DNA of 43,753 nucleotides from an uncultured Oscillospiraceae bacterium (GCA_964605215.1 CAZSBD010000001.1:1-43753); one strand, 5' to 3'; shown: positions 7,153 through 16,484, counted from the first letter of the stretch. The notes: a model not told the origin generated them from the sequence alone. Program-made: numbers and translations.

Positions 7153-10100
7153 TTGGAACAGATACGATTTCTCCCGCAAAATTTGCCGGCCTATAAAGCC
7201 TTAACCCGCGCTCTGGCGGATGGCCGCTCCCCCCTGCTGCTCACCGGTGTTTCCCCCATCCACACCGCCCATTTCGCCGCGGCTCTGTGCGCCGCCCGGC
7301 CTGTGGTTCTGCTGACGGCGGACGAGAGCGCCGCCGAGCAAATGCGCCGCTGTCTGGCCGCTTTTTTAGAGCGGGAGCCTGTCACCCTGCCCCAGCGGGA
7401 ATTTGTTTTTCACAATGTGGAGGGCGTCTCCCGGCAGTATGAGCATCTGCGCATAGCGGCTTTTTCCGCCATGCAGGCCGGACAGCAGCCGGTGGTGATG
7501 TCCATCGGGGCAGCGGCTATGGCAGCCATCCCCCCGGAAATTTTGTCCCAAGCCTCCTTTACCATCCATTCGACCGATACCGTTTCTCCGGAAACCCTGA
7601 TTGCGCGGCTGCAAAGCTGCGGCTACCGCCGGGCGGTGCAGGTGGAAGGCGTGGGACAATATTCCCTGCGAGGGGGGATTTTGGATATCTTTCCTCCTTG
7701 CGCCGGAGCACCCTGCCGGATTGAATTCTGGGATGATGAGATTGACTCTATGTCCCTTTTCGACATTGACAGCCAGCGACGGGGCGCGGCGGTGGAGGAA
7801 CTGTTGTGCCCGCCTAACGGCGAAGTGCTGCCTGCCTTTGCCAAGGGAGGGGTTTCCGGCCTTGCCCAGCGGATTGCCGCTTTGGCTCAGGCGGGCAGCC
7901 ACCCGGATCTTGCCAAAAACCTGAACCGGGATGTGGAACGGCTGCAAAACGAGGGCTTTTTCCCCGCTTTGGACAAATATCTGCCTTTGATTTATGAACA
8001 TCCTGCCTGTGCCGCAGATTATTTCTCCCAGGACGCTTTGGTCATCTTCTGCGACACCCCCCGCATCCGGGAATGCGCCCAGCGGATGACGGAGCGGATC
8101 GCCCAGGATCTCCTTTCCCTGACAGAACGAGGACTGCTCCCCGGCGGGGAAACCGGCTATTTCCTGGATTTCCCGGCCTTTTCCAGCCGGCTGGCAGCTT
8201 TTTCCCTCCTGCGGGCGGATACCTTTTTAACAAAAATCGAGGAACTGCCGCCTGCCCATATAGAAGACCTGCTGTGTAAGGAGCTGGGACAGAACAGCCT
8301 GAGCGCTATGGCGGCGGAGCTGGAAGCCTACCAAAAAGACGGCTATGCTGTGGCCCTTTTGTGCGCCGGCTCTATGCGGCGGCAGGCTACCCAGGAAATG
8401 CTGGCGGAAAAGGGCATTGCCGCCCGAATCACGGATAATCTGCCCAAGCCGGGGCAGATTGCTATTTTGGAAGGCTCTCTCCCCGCCGGTTTGGAATATC
8501 CCCAGCTTCGGCTGGCTATTTTATCGGAAGGTTCTCCCCTTGCCAAGGCCAAGAAAAAAGCAACCAAGCGCCGCCGGGATAAGCGGGACACGGTGAAAAG
8601 CTTTTCCGATCTGACCCCGGGAGATATTGTGGTGCATGAGCATCACGGCATCGGCCGGTTTGTGGGCATTGAAACCATTGCCGTGGACGGCGCCAAACGG
8701 GACTTTATCAAGATCGCCTTTGCCGGTACAGACTGCCTGTATGTCCCCGCCACCGGTCTGGATCTGATCTCCAAATATATTGGCGCCGGCGGCGAGGATC
8801 GGCCCGTACGCCTGAACAAGCTGGGCGGCACGGAATGGCAGAAATCCAAGGCCAAGGCCAAAGCAGCTACCAAGGAGCTGGCCTCCAAACTCATCGCCCT
8901 GTACGCCCAGCGGCAAAAGACCATCGGCTACGCCTTCCCGGAGGACGATGTTTGGCAGCAGGAATTTGAGGCTGCTTTCCCCTATGAAGAAACCGAGGAT
9001 CAGATCCGCTGTACGGAAGAGATCAAATCAGATATGATGAGCCCCCGGCCTATGGACCGGCTGCTGTGCGGCGATGTGGGCTTTGGCAAAACGGAAGTGG
9101 CCATGCGGGCTATTATGAAATGCGTGATGAGCGGCAAGCAGGCGGCCATCCTGGTGCCTACCACCGTTCTGGCCCGGCAGCATTATCTCACTGCCTGCCA
9201 GCGGTTTTTGGGTTATCCCATTCACATCGAGGTCATCAGCCGCTTCCGCTCCCAAAAGGAGGAGGGAAATATTTTCCGCCGCCTGCGCTCGGGTGACATT
9301 GACCTTTTGATCGGCACCCATAAGCTGTTTTCCAAGGCCCTTCAGTTTCATGATCTGGGCCTTCTGGTCATTGACGAGGAACAGCGCTTTGGCGTGACCC
9401 ACAAAGAGAAATTAAAGGAAATATCGAAAAATGTGGATGTCCTCACCCTATCCGCTACCCCCATCCCCCGTACCTTAAATATGGCCCTGTCCGGTATCCG
9501 GGATCTTTCCATCATTGAGCAGCCGCCCCAGAACCGGCATCCTGTGCAAACCTATGTGCTGGAATATGATCTGGGTGTGATTGCCGACGCCCTGCGCCGG
9601 GAATACTACCGGGGCGGGCAAAGCTACTACCTGCATAACAACGTGGAAAGCATTGAGCGGACAGCCATGATGCTGCAAAAGGAGCTGCCCGAGGCGGTGA
9701 TCCGCGTGGCTCATGGTAAAATGCCCCAGCGAGAGCTAAACCGCACCATGAACCAGATGTCTGACGGGGAAATTGACATTTTAGTCTGCACCACTATAAT
9801 CGAAACCGGCATTGACATCCCCAATGCCAACACCCTGGTTGTGGAAAACGCGGACCATATGGGTCTGTCCCAGCTTCACCAGCTGCGGGGACGGGTGGGC
9901 CGTTCCGCCCGCCATGCCTTTGCTTATTTTACCTACCGCAAGGGCAAGGCTTTGTCCGAGGTCTCCCAAAAGCGGCTAAGCGCTGTGCGGGAGTTCGCGG
10001 AATTCGGCTCCGGCTTTAAAATCGCCATGCGGGATTTGGAAATCCGAGGGGCGGGCAATCTGCTTGGCCCGGAGCAATCCGGCCATCTGCTGAATATCGG

Positions 10101-10620
10101 TTATGATTTATACCTGAAGCTCTTGGAGGAAGCGGTTCTGGAGGAAAAGGGCGAGCAGACCGTATCCGCCACAGAATGCCAGATCGAGATCCCCATCCAT
10201 GCCAACCTGCCGGAAAGCTATGTGGCTGACCCAGGCCAGCGGGTGGATCTGTATCGCCGCATTGCTCTCATCCGCTGCGGCGAGGATATGCAGGATATGC
10301 TGGATGAGATGATCGACCGTTACGGCGAACCGCCAAAATGCGCTATGGCGCTGTGCCAAATCGCCCTGCTGCGGGCTAAGGCTGCCCAAAACGGTATTTC
10401 CGAGATCAAGCAAAGCGGTCAACGGATGCTGTTTACCTTTGAACAGGGTGACTTTGCCCGCTTTGCCGCCCTGTGCGGTATGCCGGTGTACAAGGGCCGC
10501 CTGCTTCTGAATGCCAGCCAGCCGCCTTACCTTTCCCTGCGCCTGAAAAAAGACGAAACGGTGCCGGAGGTCTGCTTTACCCTGCTGGAGGCCTATCAAA
10601 ACGCAGGGGAGGAAACCTGA
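7153..10620 (+). CDS. mfd: transcription-repair coupling factor
   Basis: 1155-aa ORF with a TTG start 8 nt after AAGGAG. It has a CarD-like segment (DLTPGDIVVHEHHGIGRFVGI), superfamily-2 helicase motifs (GDVGFGKTEVAMRA, LLVIDEEQRFG, TLSATPIPRT, QLHQLRGRVGRS) and a TRG-type C-terminus. Confidence 0.95.
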   Translation: MEQIRFLPQNLPAYKALTRALADGRSPLLLTGVSPIHTAHFAAALCAARPVVLLTADESAAEQMRRCLAAFLEREPVTLPQREFVFHNVEGVSRQYEHLRIAAFSAMQAGQQPVVMSIGAAAMAAIPPEILSQASFTIHSTDTVSPETLIARLQSCGYRRAVQVEGVGQYSLRGGILDIFPPCAGAPCRIEFWDDEIDSMSLFDIDSQRRGAAVEELLCPPNGEVLPAFAKGGVSGLAQRIAALAQAGSHPDLAKNLNRDVERLQNEGFFPALDKYLPLIYEHPACAADYFSQDALVIFCDTPRIRECAQRMTERIAQDLLSLTERGLLPGGETGYFLDFPAFSSRLAAFSLLRADTFLTKIEELPPAHIEDLLCKELGQNSLSAMAAELEAYQKDGYAVALLCAGSMRRQATQEMLAEKGIAARITDNLPKPGQIAILEGSLPAGLEYPQLRLAILSEGSPLAKAKKKATKRRRDKRDTVKSFSDLTPGDIVVHEHHGIGRFVGIETIAVDGAKRDFIKIAFAGTDCLYVPATGLDLISKYIGAGGEDRPVRLNKLGGTEWQKSKAKAKAATKELASKLIALYAQRQKTIGYAFPEDDVWQQEFEAAFPYEETEDQIRCTEEIKSDMMSPRPMDRLLCGDVGFGKTEVAMRAIMKCVMSGKQAAILVPTTVLARQHYLTACQRFLGYPIHIEVISRFRSQKEEGNIFRRLRSGDIDLLIGTHKLFSKALQFHDLGLLVIDEEQRFGVTHKEKLKEISKNVDVLTLSATPIPRTLNMALSGIRDLSIIEQPPQNRHPVQTYVLEYDLGVIADALRREYYRGGQSYYLHNNVESIERTAMMLQKELPEAVIRVAHGKMPQRELNRTMNQMSDGEIDILVCTTIIETGIDIPNANTLVVENADHMGLSQLHQLRGRVGRSARHAFAYFTYRKGKALSEVSQKRLSAVREFAEFGSGFKIAMRDLEIRGAGNLLGPEQSGHLLNIGYDLYLKLLEEAVLEEKGEQTVSATECQIEIPIHANLPESYVADPGQRVDLYRRIALIRCGEDMQDMLDEMIDRYGEPPKCAMALCQIALLRAKAAQNGISEIKQSGQRMLFTFEQGDFARFAALCGMPVYKGRLLLNASQPPYLSLRLKKDETVPEVCFTLLEAYQNAGEET

Positions 10621-10643
10621 AATTTTAGTTTCCTCTAAAAATA

Positions 10644-10672
10644 TTGCGGCCCAGCCTGTAAAATGATATAAT
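10644..10672 (+). promoter_or_regulatory. sigma-A-type promoter upstream of the PrsA-like gene
   Basis: TTGCGG (10644-10649), a 17-nt spacer, then TGaTATAAT with the -10 at 10667-10672. It lies ~120 nt upstream of the ATG at 10795. Confidence 0.55.
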
Positions 10673-10794
10673 GGATATTAGTATTCAGGAAAAACGCTGG
10701 AGGTGTCCAACCCTTATGATTTCCCGCAAATACAACAGAAATATCTGTCTAAGACCTGACCGATATCAATATTTTTAGAAATGGAGAACGTAAT

Positions 10795-12009
10795 ATGAAG
10801 AAATTTTTATCTTTGATTCTGGCTGCTTCTATGTGCGCCGGCGTTTTGTCCGGCTGCGGCAGCCAGGTCAGCGACACCACAAACCCGGACAAGGAAGCTT
10901 CCCTGACAGTAATGACCATCAACGGCGAAGCGGTTTCCTCTGAGGAGCTGGCTGGCTTTTTGTGCTATGAAAAAAACATATACGAAAGCTATTTTGGCGC
11001 TTATATGGGCGACTCTTCCAGCTCTACTATATGGGATGACGAGACGATGCGCCAGCAGGTGGAGGACGCCGCTTATAACGAGATTTGTTACGGCTATGCC
11101 ATCCAGAGCCTGGCCGAGGAACTGGGCATAGAGATGGACAAGTCCGGCAAGGATAAGATGGAGCAGATTAAGGAGCAGTATTATACCAACCTAGCCACCG
11201 AGGCCACCAGCACACAGGAGGCAAAATCCGGCGAGCAGGGCTATGTGGAATACATCAATTCTATGGGCTTCTCTCAGGATATGTTTGACAAGCTTTTGGA
11301 GAATTCCGTCCTATTGGAAAAGATTACCGATTATTATTACGGCGCCAACGGCACGGAAAAGATTACGGAGGACGCCATTCAGGATTATTACAACGACAAT
11401 TACTACCATGTCAAGCACATCCTCATCAGCAACACCGATGACGACGGCAACGAGCGGGCGGACGGCGGCCTTTCCATTGCCAAGGAAGTGGTTTCCAAGC
11501 TCCAGGCCGGCGCAAGCTTTGATGACCTGATGGAACAGTACAACACCGACACCGGCGAGCCGGAGGATGGCTACACCTTCTCCGAAAACGATTCCTTTGT
11601 ACAGGAATTCAAGGACGCTTCCAAGGCTCTGGAAATCAACAAATATACCGTAGAGCCAGTTCAGTCCACCTATGGCTATCATATTATTATGCGCCTGCCC
11701 CTGTCCGAGGACACCTTAAATGCTGCCACCGGCTCTGTCAGCGGCGGCAAGATCTATGATGAGATCGAGCAGTCTATGGAAGACATCGACAGCAAAATCA
11801 ACGCAGCCCTGGAAAAACTGGATATTCAGAAAACCGAGGATTATGACAAGGTAAATATGACCACTTTCCACAAGTACACCCAGGTTCAAGTAGAGGGCAT
11901 CCAGCTGAGCGAGGAAAGCGGCAAAACGGACACTGATGCCGAGGCAGATTCTGACACTGCCGCTGCCGGCCAGGATACCGAAAACCAAGCTTCTTCTAAC
12001 GAAGAATAA
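10795..12009 (+). CDS. PrsA-like lipoprotein peptidyl-prolyl isomerase (parvulin/PPIC domain)
   Basis: Lipoprotein signal with lipobox (MKKFLSLILAASMCAGVLSGC). It has a parvulin core (YYHVKHILISN...SFDDLMEQYNTD...GYHIIMRL) and an acidic low-complexity C-terminus. Position after mfd is common in Clostridia. Confidence 0.8.
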   Translation: MKKFLSLILAASMCAGVLSGCGSQVSDTTNPDKEASLTVMTINGEAVSSEELAGFLCYEKNIYESYFGAYMGDSSSSTIWDDETMRQQVEDAAYNEICYGYAIQSLAEELGIEMDKSGKDKMEQIKEQYYTNLATEATSTQEAKSGEQGYVEYINSMGFSQDMFDKLLENSVLLEKITDYYYGANGTEKITEDAIQDYYNDNYYHVKHILISNTDDDGNERADGGLSIAKEVVSKLQAGASFDDLMEQYNTDTGEPEDGYTFSENDSFVQEFKDASKALEINKYTVEPVQSTYGYHIIMRLPLSEDTLNAATGSVSGGKIYDEIEQSMEDIDSKINAALEKLDIQKTEDYDKVNMTTFHKYTQVQVEGIQLSEESGKTDTDAEADSDTAAAGQDTENQASSNEE

Positions 12010-12026
12010 ACTCTCCTGCGACAAAT

Positions 12027-12056
12027 AAAAAGCGGCCAGAACATGGCCGCTTTTTT
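12027..12056 (+). terminator. rho-independent terminator
   Basis: Stem GCGGCCA (12032-12038) pairs with TGGCCGC (12044-12050), followed by T6. Confidence 0.75.
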
Positions 12057-12078
12057 CAACGAAGCTTTTCTGTTTTTT

Positions 12079-12114
12079 GCAAAGGCTCCCCTTTTGGAGA
12101 GCCTTTGCTTTTTT
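12079..12114 (+). terminator. second tandem rho-independent terminator
   Basis: Stem GCAAAGGCTC (12079-12088) pairs with GAGCCTTTGC (12099-12108), followed by T6. Confidence 0.7.
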
Positions 12115-12143
12115 ATCTGATCCAATGATGCCGCATTCGGAAT

Positions 12144-12666
12144 TTAAAAATCCTTCCAGTTCTTGTGTAGGTTTTCCACGCTGGTGGCCTCTTTGCACCA
12201 AATTGTGCCTTTCAAATTATTTTTCGAGGTCCGGCAAACCAGATAGTAGTCGCTGTCCACATAGGTGCCTGCCGGGAAGCCGGAATCTGCCCGCGTGTTA
12301 TCTTGCTCTAAAGGCTTGCCGCAATAAAATTCCCGAAAAGAATAAGCGGGGAATGATCAGAGTCTCTCCCACCTGCGTGCCATGGGACGCACCTGCACGG
12401 GGGCAATCCTTCATCAGGCTGATTTTCATCGCATCTGCGGATTGGTTGTTGACGGCGATCTTCCAATAGCGGAATTGTGGGTCCCAAGGCTCAATTTCAT
12501 ACGAACTGTAAGGGTTCAGCCGATAAGCCTTCTGGGTAACCGGCTTATCTGCGGAAACTGCACCGGCAGATATTACCATAGATGCTGCCATACATCCCAA
12601 AAGTGCTGTACACAATACTTTTCTCCAGTCGCCTGCAGCGACAGCTCCCGCGTCCGGGTAACACAA
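12144..12666 (-). pseudogene. secreted or lipoprotein-like protein of unknown function, interrupted by a frameshift
   Basis: ORF 12298-12666 (signal-like ...KVLCTALLGCMAASMVISAGAVSA) ends in non-protein-like sequence. A second frame continues from ~12355 with clearly coding-like sequence (AYSFREFYCGKPLEQDNTRADSGFPAGTYVDSDYYLVCRTSKNNLKGTIWCKEATSVENLHKNWKDF) to the TAA at 12144-12146. The switch maps near the C4 run (attccccgc on the minus strand, ~12350). The start codon is uncertain. Confidence 0.6.
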
Positions 12667-12768
12667 AACCTAACCCATGATCACAACCACAGGCCGGGTC
12701 AGCTATTTTATAGCATCCGATAAAAAAAGCTTTTTTCCAGAATATCCATGGAATTGTACGTAAAATTT

Positions 12769-13740
12769 TTATGGGATGGGTACCCTAGCGAGTCTGTTGT
12801 TCGGATCATAGCCTGTTTTCATCTGATCAATTTGGAGGCTAATCCAGCCTGTATTTTTGCCGTATTCCACGGGAATTCCTGCTAATGCCTCTTCCAGGGT
12901 GGCATTCCCCTCCAGATCCGCCAGATACTGCTGAATATATTTCAGATTGCTTGCGGTTGCCTTCCGCATTTCCGCAACGGCATCCTTCAAAAATTCCTGA
13001 TCCGGCATTTTGTTGTTGGTCATCTGATCCAGGTCGGAAATCAGCTCTCTGGCATATTTGGCCGCCTCTTCCCTGGTCTCGCTTTTATTGAGAGCAATCT
13101 TATCCTGTGTTGCTTTGCTTTCCAGGGCATACAGCTGGTTGATATAAGCCTTACATTCCGCCGCCTGCTCCGCCGTCATTCTGGTGCGAAGATAAATGAA
13201 CTGATGCAATTTAATCGTATCCCGTGTTCCGTCCCACCATACCTGCATATTGGAAAGCTCGCCGATATTACGCAGGGGCAAATAGGTGGTGCTGTTATAA
13301 ACCAGCGGGGTGACCGGTTCGCCCTTCACGTTGCAGAAGGTTTGCTTTTCCCCGTCCAAAACCACGGAAATTTCCGAGGAAAGCTCCGCCTTGACAGGGG
13401 TTCCGTCCTTGATTCCCAACCAATCCTCGTCCTCCATACCCTCACCGGTATAAAAGCGCCGGTCGGTTGTGCCGGACAGGTTCACGGTTTTGGTCGCGCC
13501 GTCCCAGGTCACCTCCTTGCCCATCCATTCTCCCGCGGTGCGGATGGGAATATAGGTAGAGCCGTTATATTGTAGGTAAGGCGCTTGCTTTTTTTGTTCA
13601 TTGAGACAGATTGCAGACCATCCCTCTACCATAACGCTCTGATTGTGGATGCTGGCATTGACCTGGGCTGCCATGGCGTTTCCAGCCAGAGGGAGGGTCA
13701 TGGCCGCGGCGGCAAATATGGATATTATTTTTTTGTTCAT
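12769..13740 (-). CDS. secreted protein with two copper-amine-oxidase N-terminal-type (stalk) domains and a helical C-terminal region
   Basis: Signal peptide MNKKIISIFAAAAMTLPLAGNAMA, with AGGAGG upstream. It carries two repeats of the YNGSTYIPIRTAGEWMGKEVTWDGATKTVNL / YNSTTYLPLRNIGELSNMQVWWDGTRDTIKL type. Confidence 0.75.
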   Translation of the reverse strand: MNKKIISIFAAAAMTLPLAGNAMAAQVNASIHNQSVMVEGWSAICLNEQKKQAPYLQYNGSTYIPIRTAGEWMGKEVTWDGATKTVNLSGTTDRRFYTGEGMEDEDWLGIKDGTPVKAELSSEISVVLDGEKQTFCNVKGEPVTPLVYNSTTYLPLRNIGELSNMQVWWDGTRDTIKLHQFIYLRTRMTAEQAAECKAYINQLYALESKATQDKIALNKSETREEAAKYARELISDLDQMTNNKMPDQEFLKDAVAEMRKATASNLKYIQQYLADLEGNATLEEALAGIPVEYGKNTGWISLQIDQMKTGYDPNNRLARVPIP

Positions 13741-13818
13741 AATCGACCTCCTGGAGCTCCGTTTGGGGACGTCCGGTTTGAGCGTCCCTTTATTTTCATT
13801 CCAATTATCGCTTTTCCC

Positions 13819-14559
13819 TTAATAGCTGCCTACATAAGCGATGCAAGCTGCGTAACCAGTCGAGGTAGTACCGCTGCTTGCGTAAACGGACATGGTGGCG
13901 CCGGAAGAAATTGTACATTTACCCGAGCCATATGTTTTTGCAGCATAGAAGTAAACGATGAAATCATTATCCGACACATTGATTGTCTGATAGCAATTCC
14001 GATCTGCGCTATTGGATGGCAAAGCGCCGTTTACAATGCGAACATTCAGCTTATCCAGTAAAAGAACATTAAAGAAATTAATTTCCACATAATTCCAATC
14101 TTGACCCTGGGATGCTGCCGGAACAGTACCTGCACACATTTTCGTAGCACCGCTGGATGACGGCTTGATGGTCATTGTATTGCCGCCATCAGAATTTTCG
14201 GAACGGGCAAATTGCCTTCTTTCCGCAATACCTCTTGTGACACTTGTCAGGCCTACAGTTTCCCGAGCAGCCTGGGAAGATATCTCAGACATTTCCGCAT
14301 TCGTTGCGTCTTTCGGAATGGCTACCGTAAATTCCTTCTCCACTGCTGTTCCGTCTTCCTGCACGATATAAGCCGCGCCTTTGATCGTTTCCCCAGCATA
14401 AACACTCTTTGCCTGCGGCTGGTTCATGATACCCTGCAATTTCACGTTTTGTCTGGATTGTTGCATCTGTATTTTGATCCACTGCACTTGCCATTACGCC
14501 CATGCTCAGCGCCATCGTCGTTGTCAAACCATAGCAACTAATTTGTTCATCTTTTTCAT
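13819..14559 (-). pseudogene. secreted protein of unknown function, disrupted in the signal-peptide region by two compensating frameshifts
   Basis: AGGAGG (14569-14574) plus 9 nt plus the ATG at 14559 opens MKKMNKLVAMV, then TGA at 14524-14526. The signal core and cleavage site (TTTMALSMGVMASA/VDQNTDATIQ) run in another frame (ORF 14285-14527). The long ORF 13819-14487 returns to the frame of the ATG. Candidate slip sites are the TTT run at 14526-14528 and the AAAA run at 14447-14450. Confidence 0.55.
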
Positions 14560-14802
14560 TGTGTTGAACCTCCTAAAAAAATTATGTAAAATAATAGACA
14601 ATACAGGAACTTCGGTCAGCACAGCTTCTGCTGTCCATTTCCTGCCGGTCCAGCCCGTACGCGGCTGCGGCCTCCAGGGACTTGTCTAATTTCCCCTTCT
14701 AAATATAGAAACGTACGAAAATGCCTTTTTATCACATTTTTTTTAAAATTTTTAAAAATTAAAAATTTTTCCTTACGCGCTGTCTTTCTCCGGTTTTTTC
14801 CG

Positions 14803-14837
14803 CGCAAAAAAAAGGCTCCCTTTTTTGGGGAGCCTTT
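14803..14837 (-). terminator. rho-independent terminator of the MATE gene
   Basis: Stem AAAGGCTCCC (14811-14820) pairs with GGGAGCCTTT (14828-14837). On the minus strand it is followed by a T8 run (plus-strand A-run 14803-14810). Confidence 0.75.
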
Positions 14838-14862
14838 CACTTGTTGATAAAATCTTTTTTCC

Positions 14863-16242
14863 TTATACTTCTTCCTCTTTCTCTTTCTTGGGCAAAATAC
14901 CGATGACCTTACGCAGGAAGAGCACGCTCAGCGCCACCGAGGCAAGCTCCGCAATGGGGATCGCCCACCAAACCAGGGTCAGGCTGCCCAGCTTGGATAA
15001 AAGATAGGCCACAGGCACCAGCACCACCAGCTGACGGCCTACGGAAACCACCAGGCTGTAAACGCTGCGTCCCAGAGCCTGGAAGAAAGATCCTATCACA
15101 ATGCAGAATCCAGCGAAAATATAGCTGATGGAGGCGATACGCAGCATGGTGCATCCCATCTCCAGCATGGAATCCGAAGCGTTGAACAGCCGGAGCAGCA
15201 CATGGGGCCAAATCTGGAACACGGCACAGCCCAGAAGCATAATGGTTACGGCAAAGATCACGCAATATTTCACCGTTTTCAAAATTCTCGCCCGATTGCC
15301 TGCGCCAAAGTTAAAGGCCACAATGGGTACCATGGCATTGTTCAGACCAAAGACTGGCATCATAATAAAGCTTTGCAGCTTGAAATACACACCAAAAACC
15401 GCCACGGCAGTGGAAGTAAAGGCAATGAGGATTTTATTCATACAGAAGTTCATCACCGAACCGATGGAGATCATCAGGATGGAAGGGAAGCCGATCATCA
15501 GGATGCGCTTCATCATCACCGGATCCGGCTTGAGATTTCCTGCCTTTAAATGGATGTCATCGTTTTTCTTGTGGTTATAAGTGAGAGCCAGAAGCGCTGC
15601 TACAATCTGGCCGAACACCGTTGCAAGAGCCGCACCGGCAATGCCCATCCTGGGAGCGCCAAAAAGGCCGAAGATCAGGATGGGATCCATAATGACGTTG
15701 ATAATAGCGCCGGTGGCCTGGGTGATCATGGTGTAAAAAGTACGGCCGGTGGCCTGAAGCATCCGCTCAAAGCTGAACTGGCAGAACAGGCCCACGCTGC
15801 AGAAGCAGCAAATCTGGATATAGGTGGTAGCGGCGGTCAAAATGGACTGGGAGTCCGTCTGCACCTTCAAAAACAGCCCGGTGCCGAACAGGCCAAACAG
15901 CAGGAACAGCACATAGCCGCACAGGTTGAGAATAAAACCCTGCATGGCCGCCTTATCCGCCATTTGCTGGTTTTTTTCACCCAAGGAACGAGACAGATTG
16001 GCATTCATACCAACGCCGATACCGGAAGCCACGGCAATCATCAGATTTTGCACCGGGAAGGCCATGGAAACCGCCGTCAGGGCGTCTTCGCTGATCTGGG
16101 CAACAAAAATACTGTCCACAATATTATAAAGAGCCTGCACCAGCATAGATATAATCATAGGGATGGCCATATTGCAAAGCAGCTTGCCAATGGGCATAAC
16201 ACCCATTTTATCTGCCTGGGAAGCGGTTTGTTGTTTTTCCAT
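14863..16242 (-). CDS. MATE-family multidrug/sodium efflux transporter
   Basis: ATG at 16242 lies 7 nt after AAAGGAGG. The 459-aa, 12-TM-like protein has a typical MATE N-terminus (MGVMPIGKLLCNMAIPMIISMLVQALYNIVDSIFV). Confidence 0.85.
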   Translation of the reverse strand: MEKQQTASQADKMGVMPIGKLLCNMAIPMIISMLVQALYNIVDSIFVAQISEDALTAVSMAFPVQNLMIAVASGIGVGMNANLSRSLGEKNQQMADKAAMQGFILNLCGYVLFLLFGLFGTGLFLKVQTDSQSILTAATTYIQICCFCSVGLFCQFSFERMLQATGRTFYTMITQATGAIINVIMDPILIFGLFGAPRMGIAGAALATVFGQIVAALLALTYNHKKNDDIHLKAGNLKPDPVMMKRILMIGFPSILMISIGSVMNFCMNKILIAFTSTAVAVFGVYFKLQSFIMMPVFGLNNAMVPIVAFNFGAGNRARILKTVKYCVIFAVTIMLLGCAVFQIWPHVLLRLFNASDSMLEMGCTMLRIASISYIFAGFCIVIGSFFQALGRSVYSLVVSVGRQLVVLVPVAYLLSKLGSLTLVWWAIPIAELASVALSVLFLRKVIGILPKKEKEEEV

Positions 16243-16484
16243 TGAAATTCCTCCTTTTCCCATTTGGCCAAAAAGAAAGGCCCTATAACAAGCCTTGGCG
16301 CTGGGGGTAATTTTTTCTTCCTTTTATTATATCATATTAAATAAATTTTTGTAGTATTTTTTATTATTTTTATACAATGCCAGAAAAGCTGCCTTTTTGT
16401 TCTATCCTTTTTGTCCAAATTGCTTTTCAGATTTTTTCAGATCCTGCATATACTAGGAAGAAGCGAATATTTGGAGGTGCTTTT

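Noticed and set aside
6920-7204. A 94-aa ORF (and its look-alike at 18318-18683) that covers the repeat element and shows a conserved peptide (FCAKR.LRY...RNFFDAFRLENR...LSAWHS.REC.CRKTVVFRQSQG).
   Set aside because: The conservation simply mirrors DNA identity of the repeat. The ORFs run through multiple strong hairpins and the flanking terminator, lack an RBS, have non-equivalent starts, and run into neighbouring genes. A non-coding element is the better explanation.
14590-14800. A GC-rich patch (14616-14690) and a strikingly phased A/T-tract block (14735-14775, ttttttttaaaatttttaaaaattaaaaattttt) upstream of the disrupted secreted-protein cluster. These were considered as a riboswitch or a second inverton.
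   Set aside because: The GC-rich patch lies upstream of, not within, the likely leader: the candidate -10 CATAAT is at ~14581-14586, just before the RBS. It matches no riboswitch consensus I can recall. Only 7-bp inverted repeats (TAGACAA/TTGTCTA) are present, which is chance level. The A/T block is probably just curved promoter-upstream DNA.
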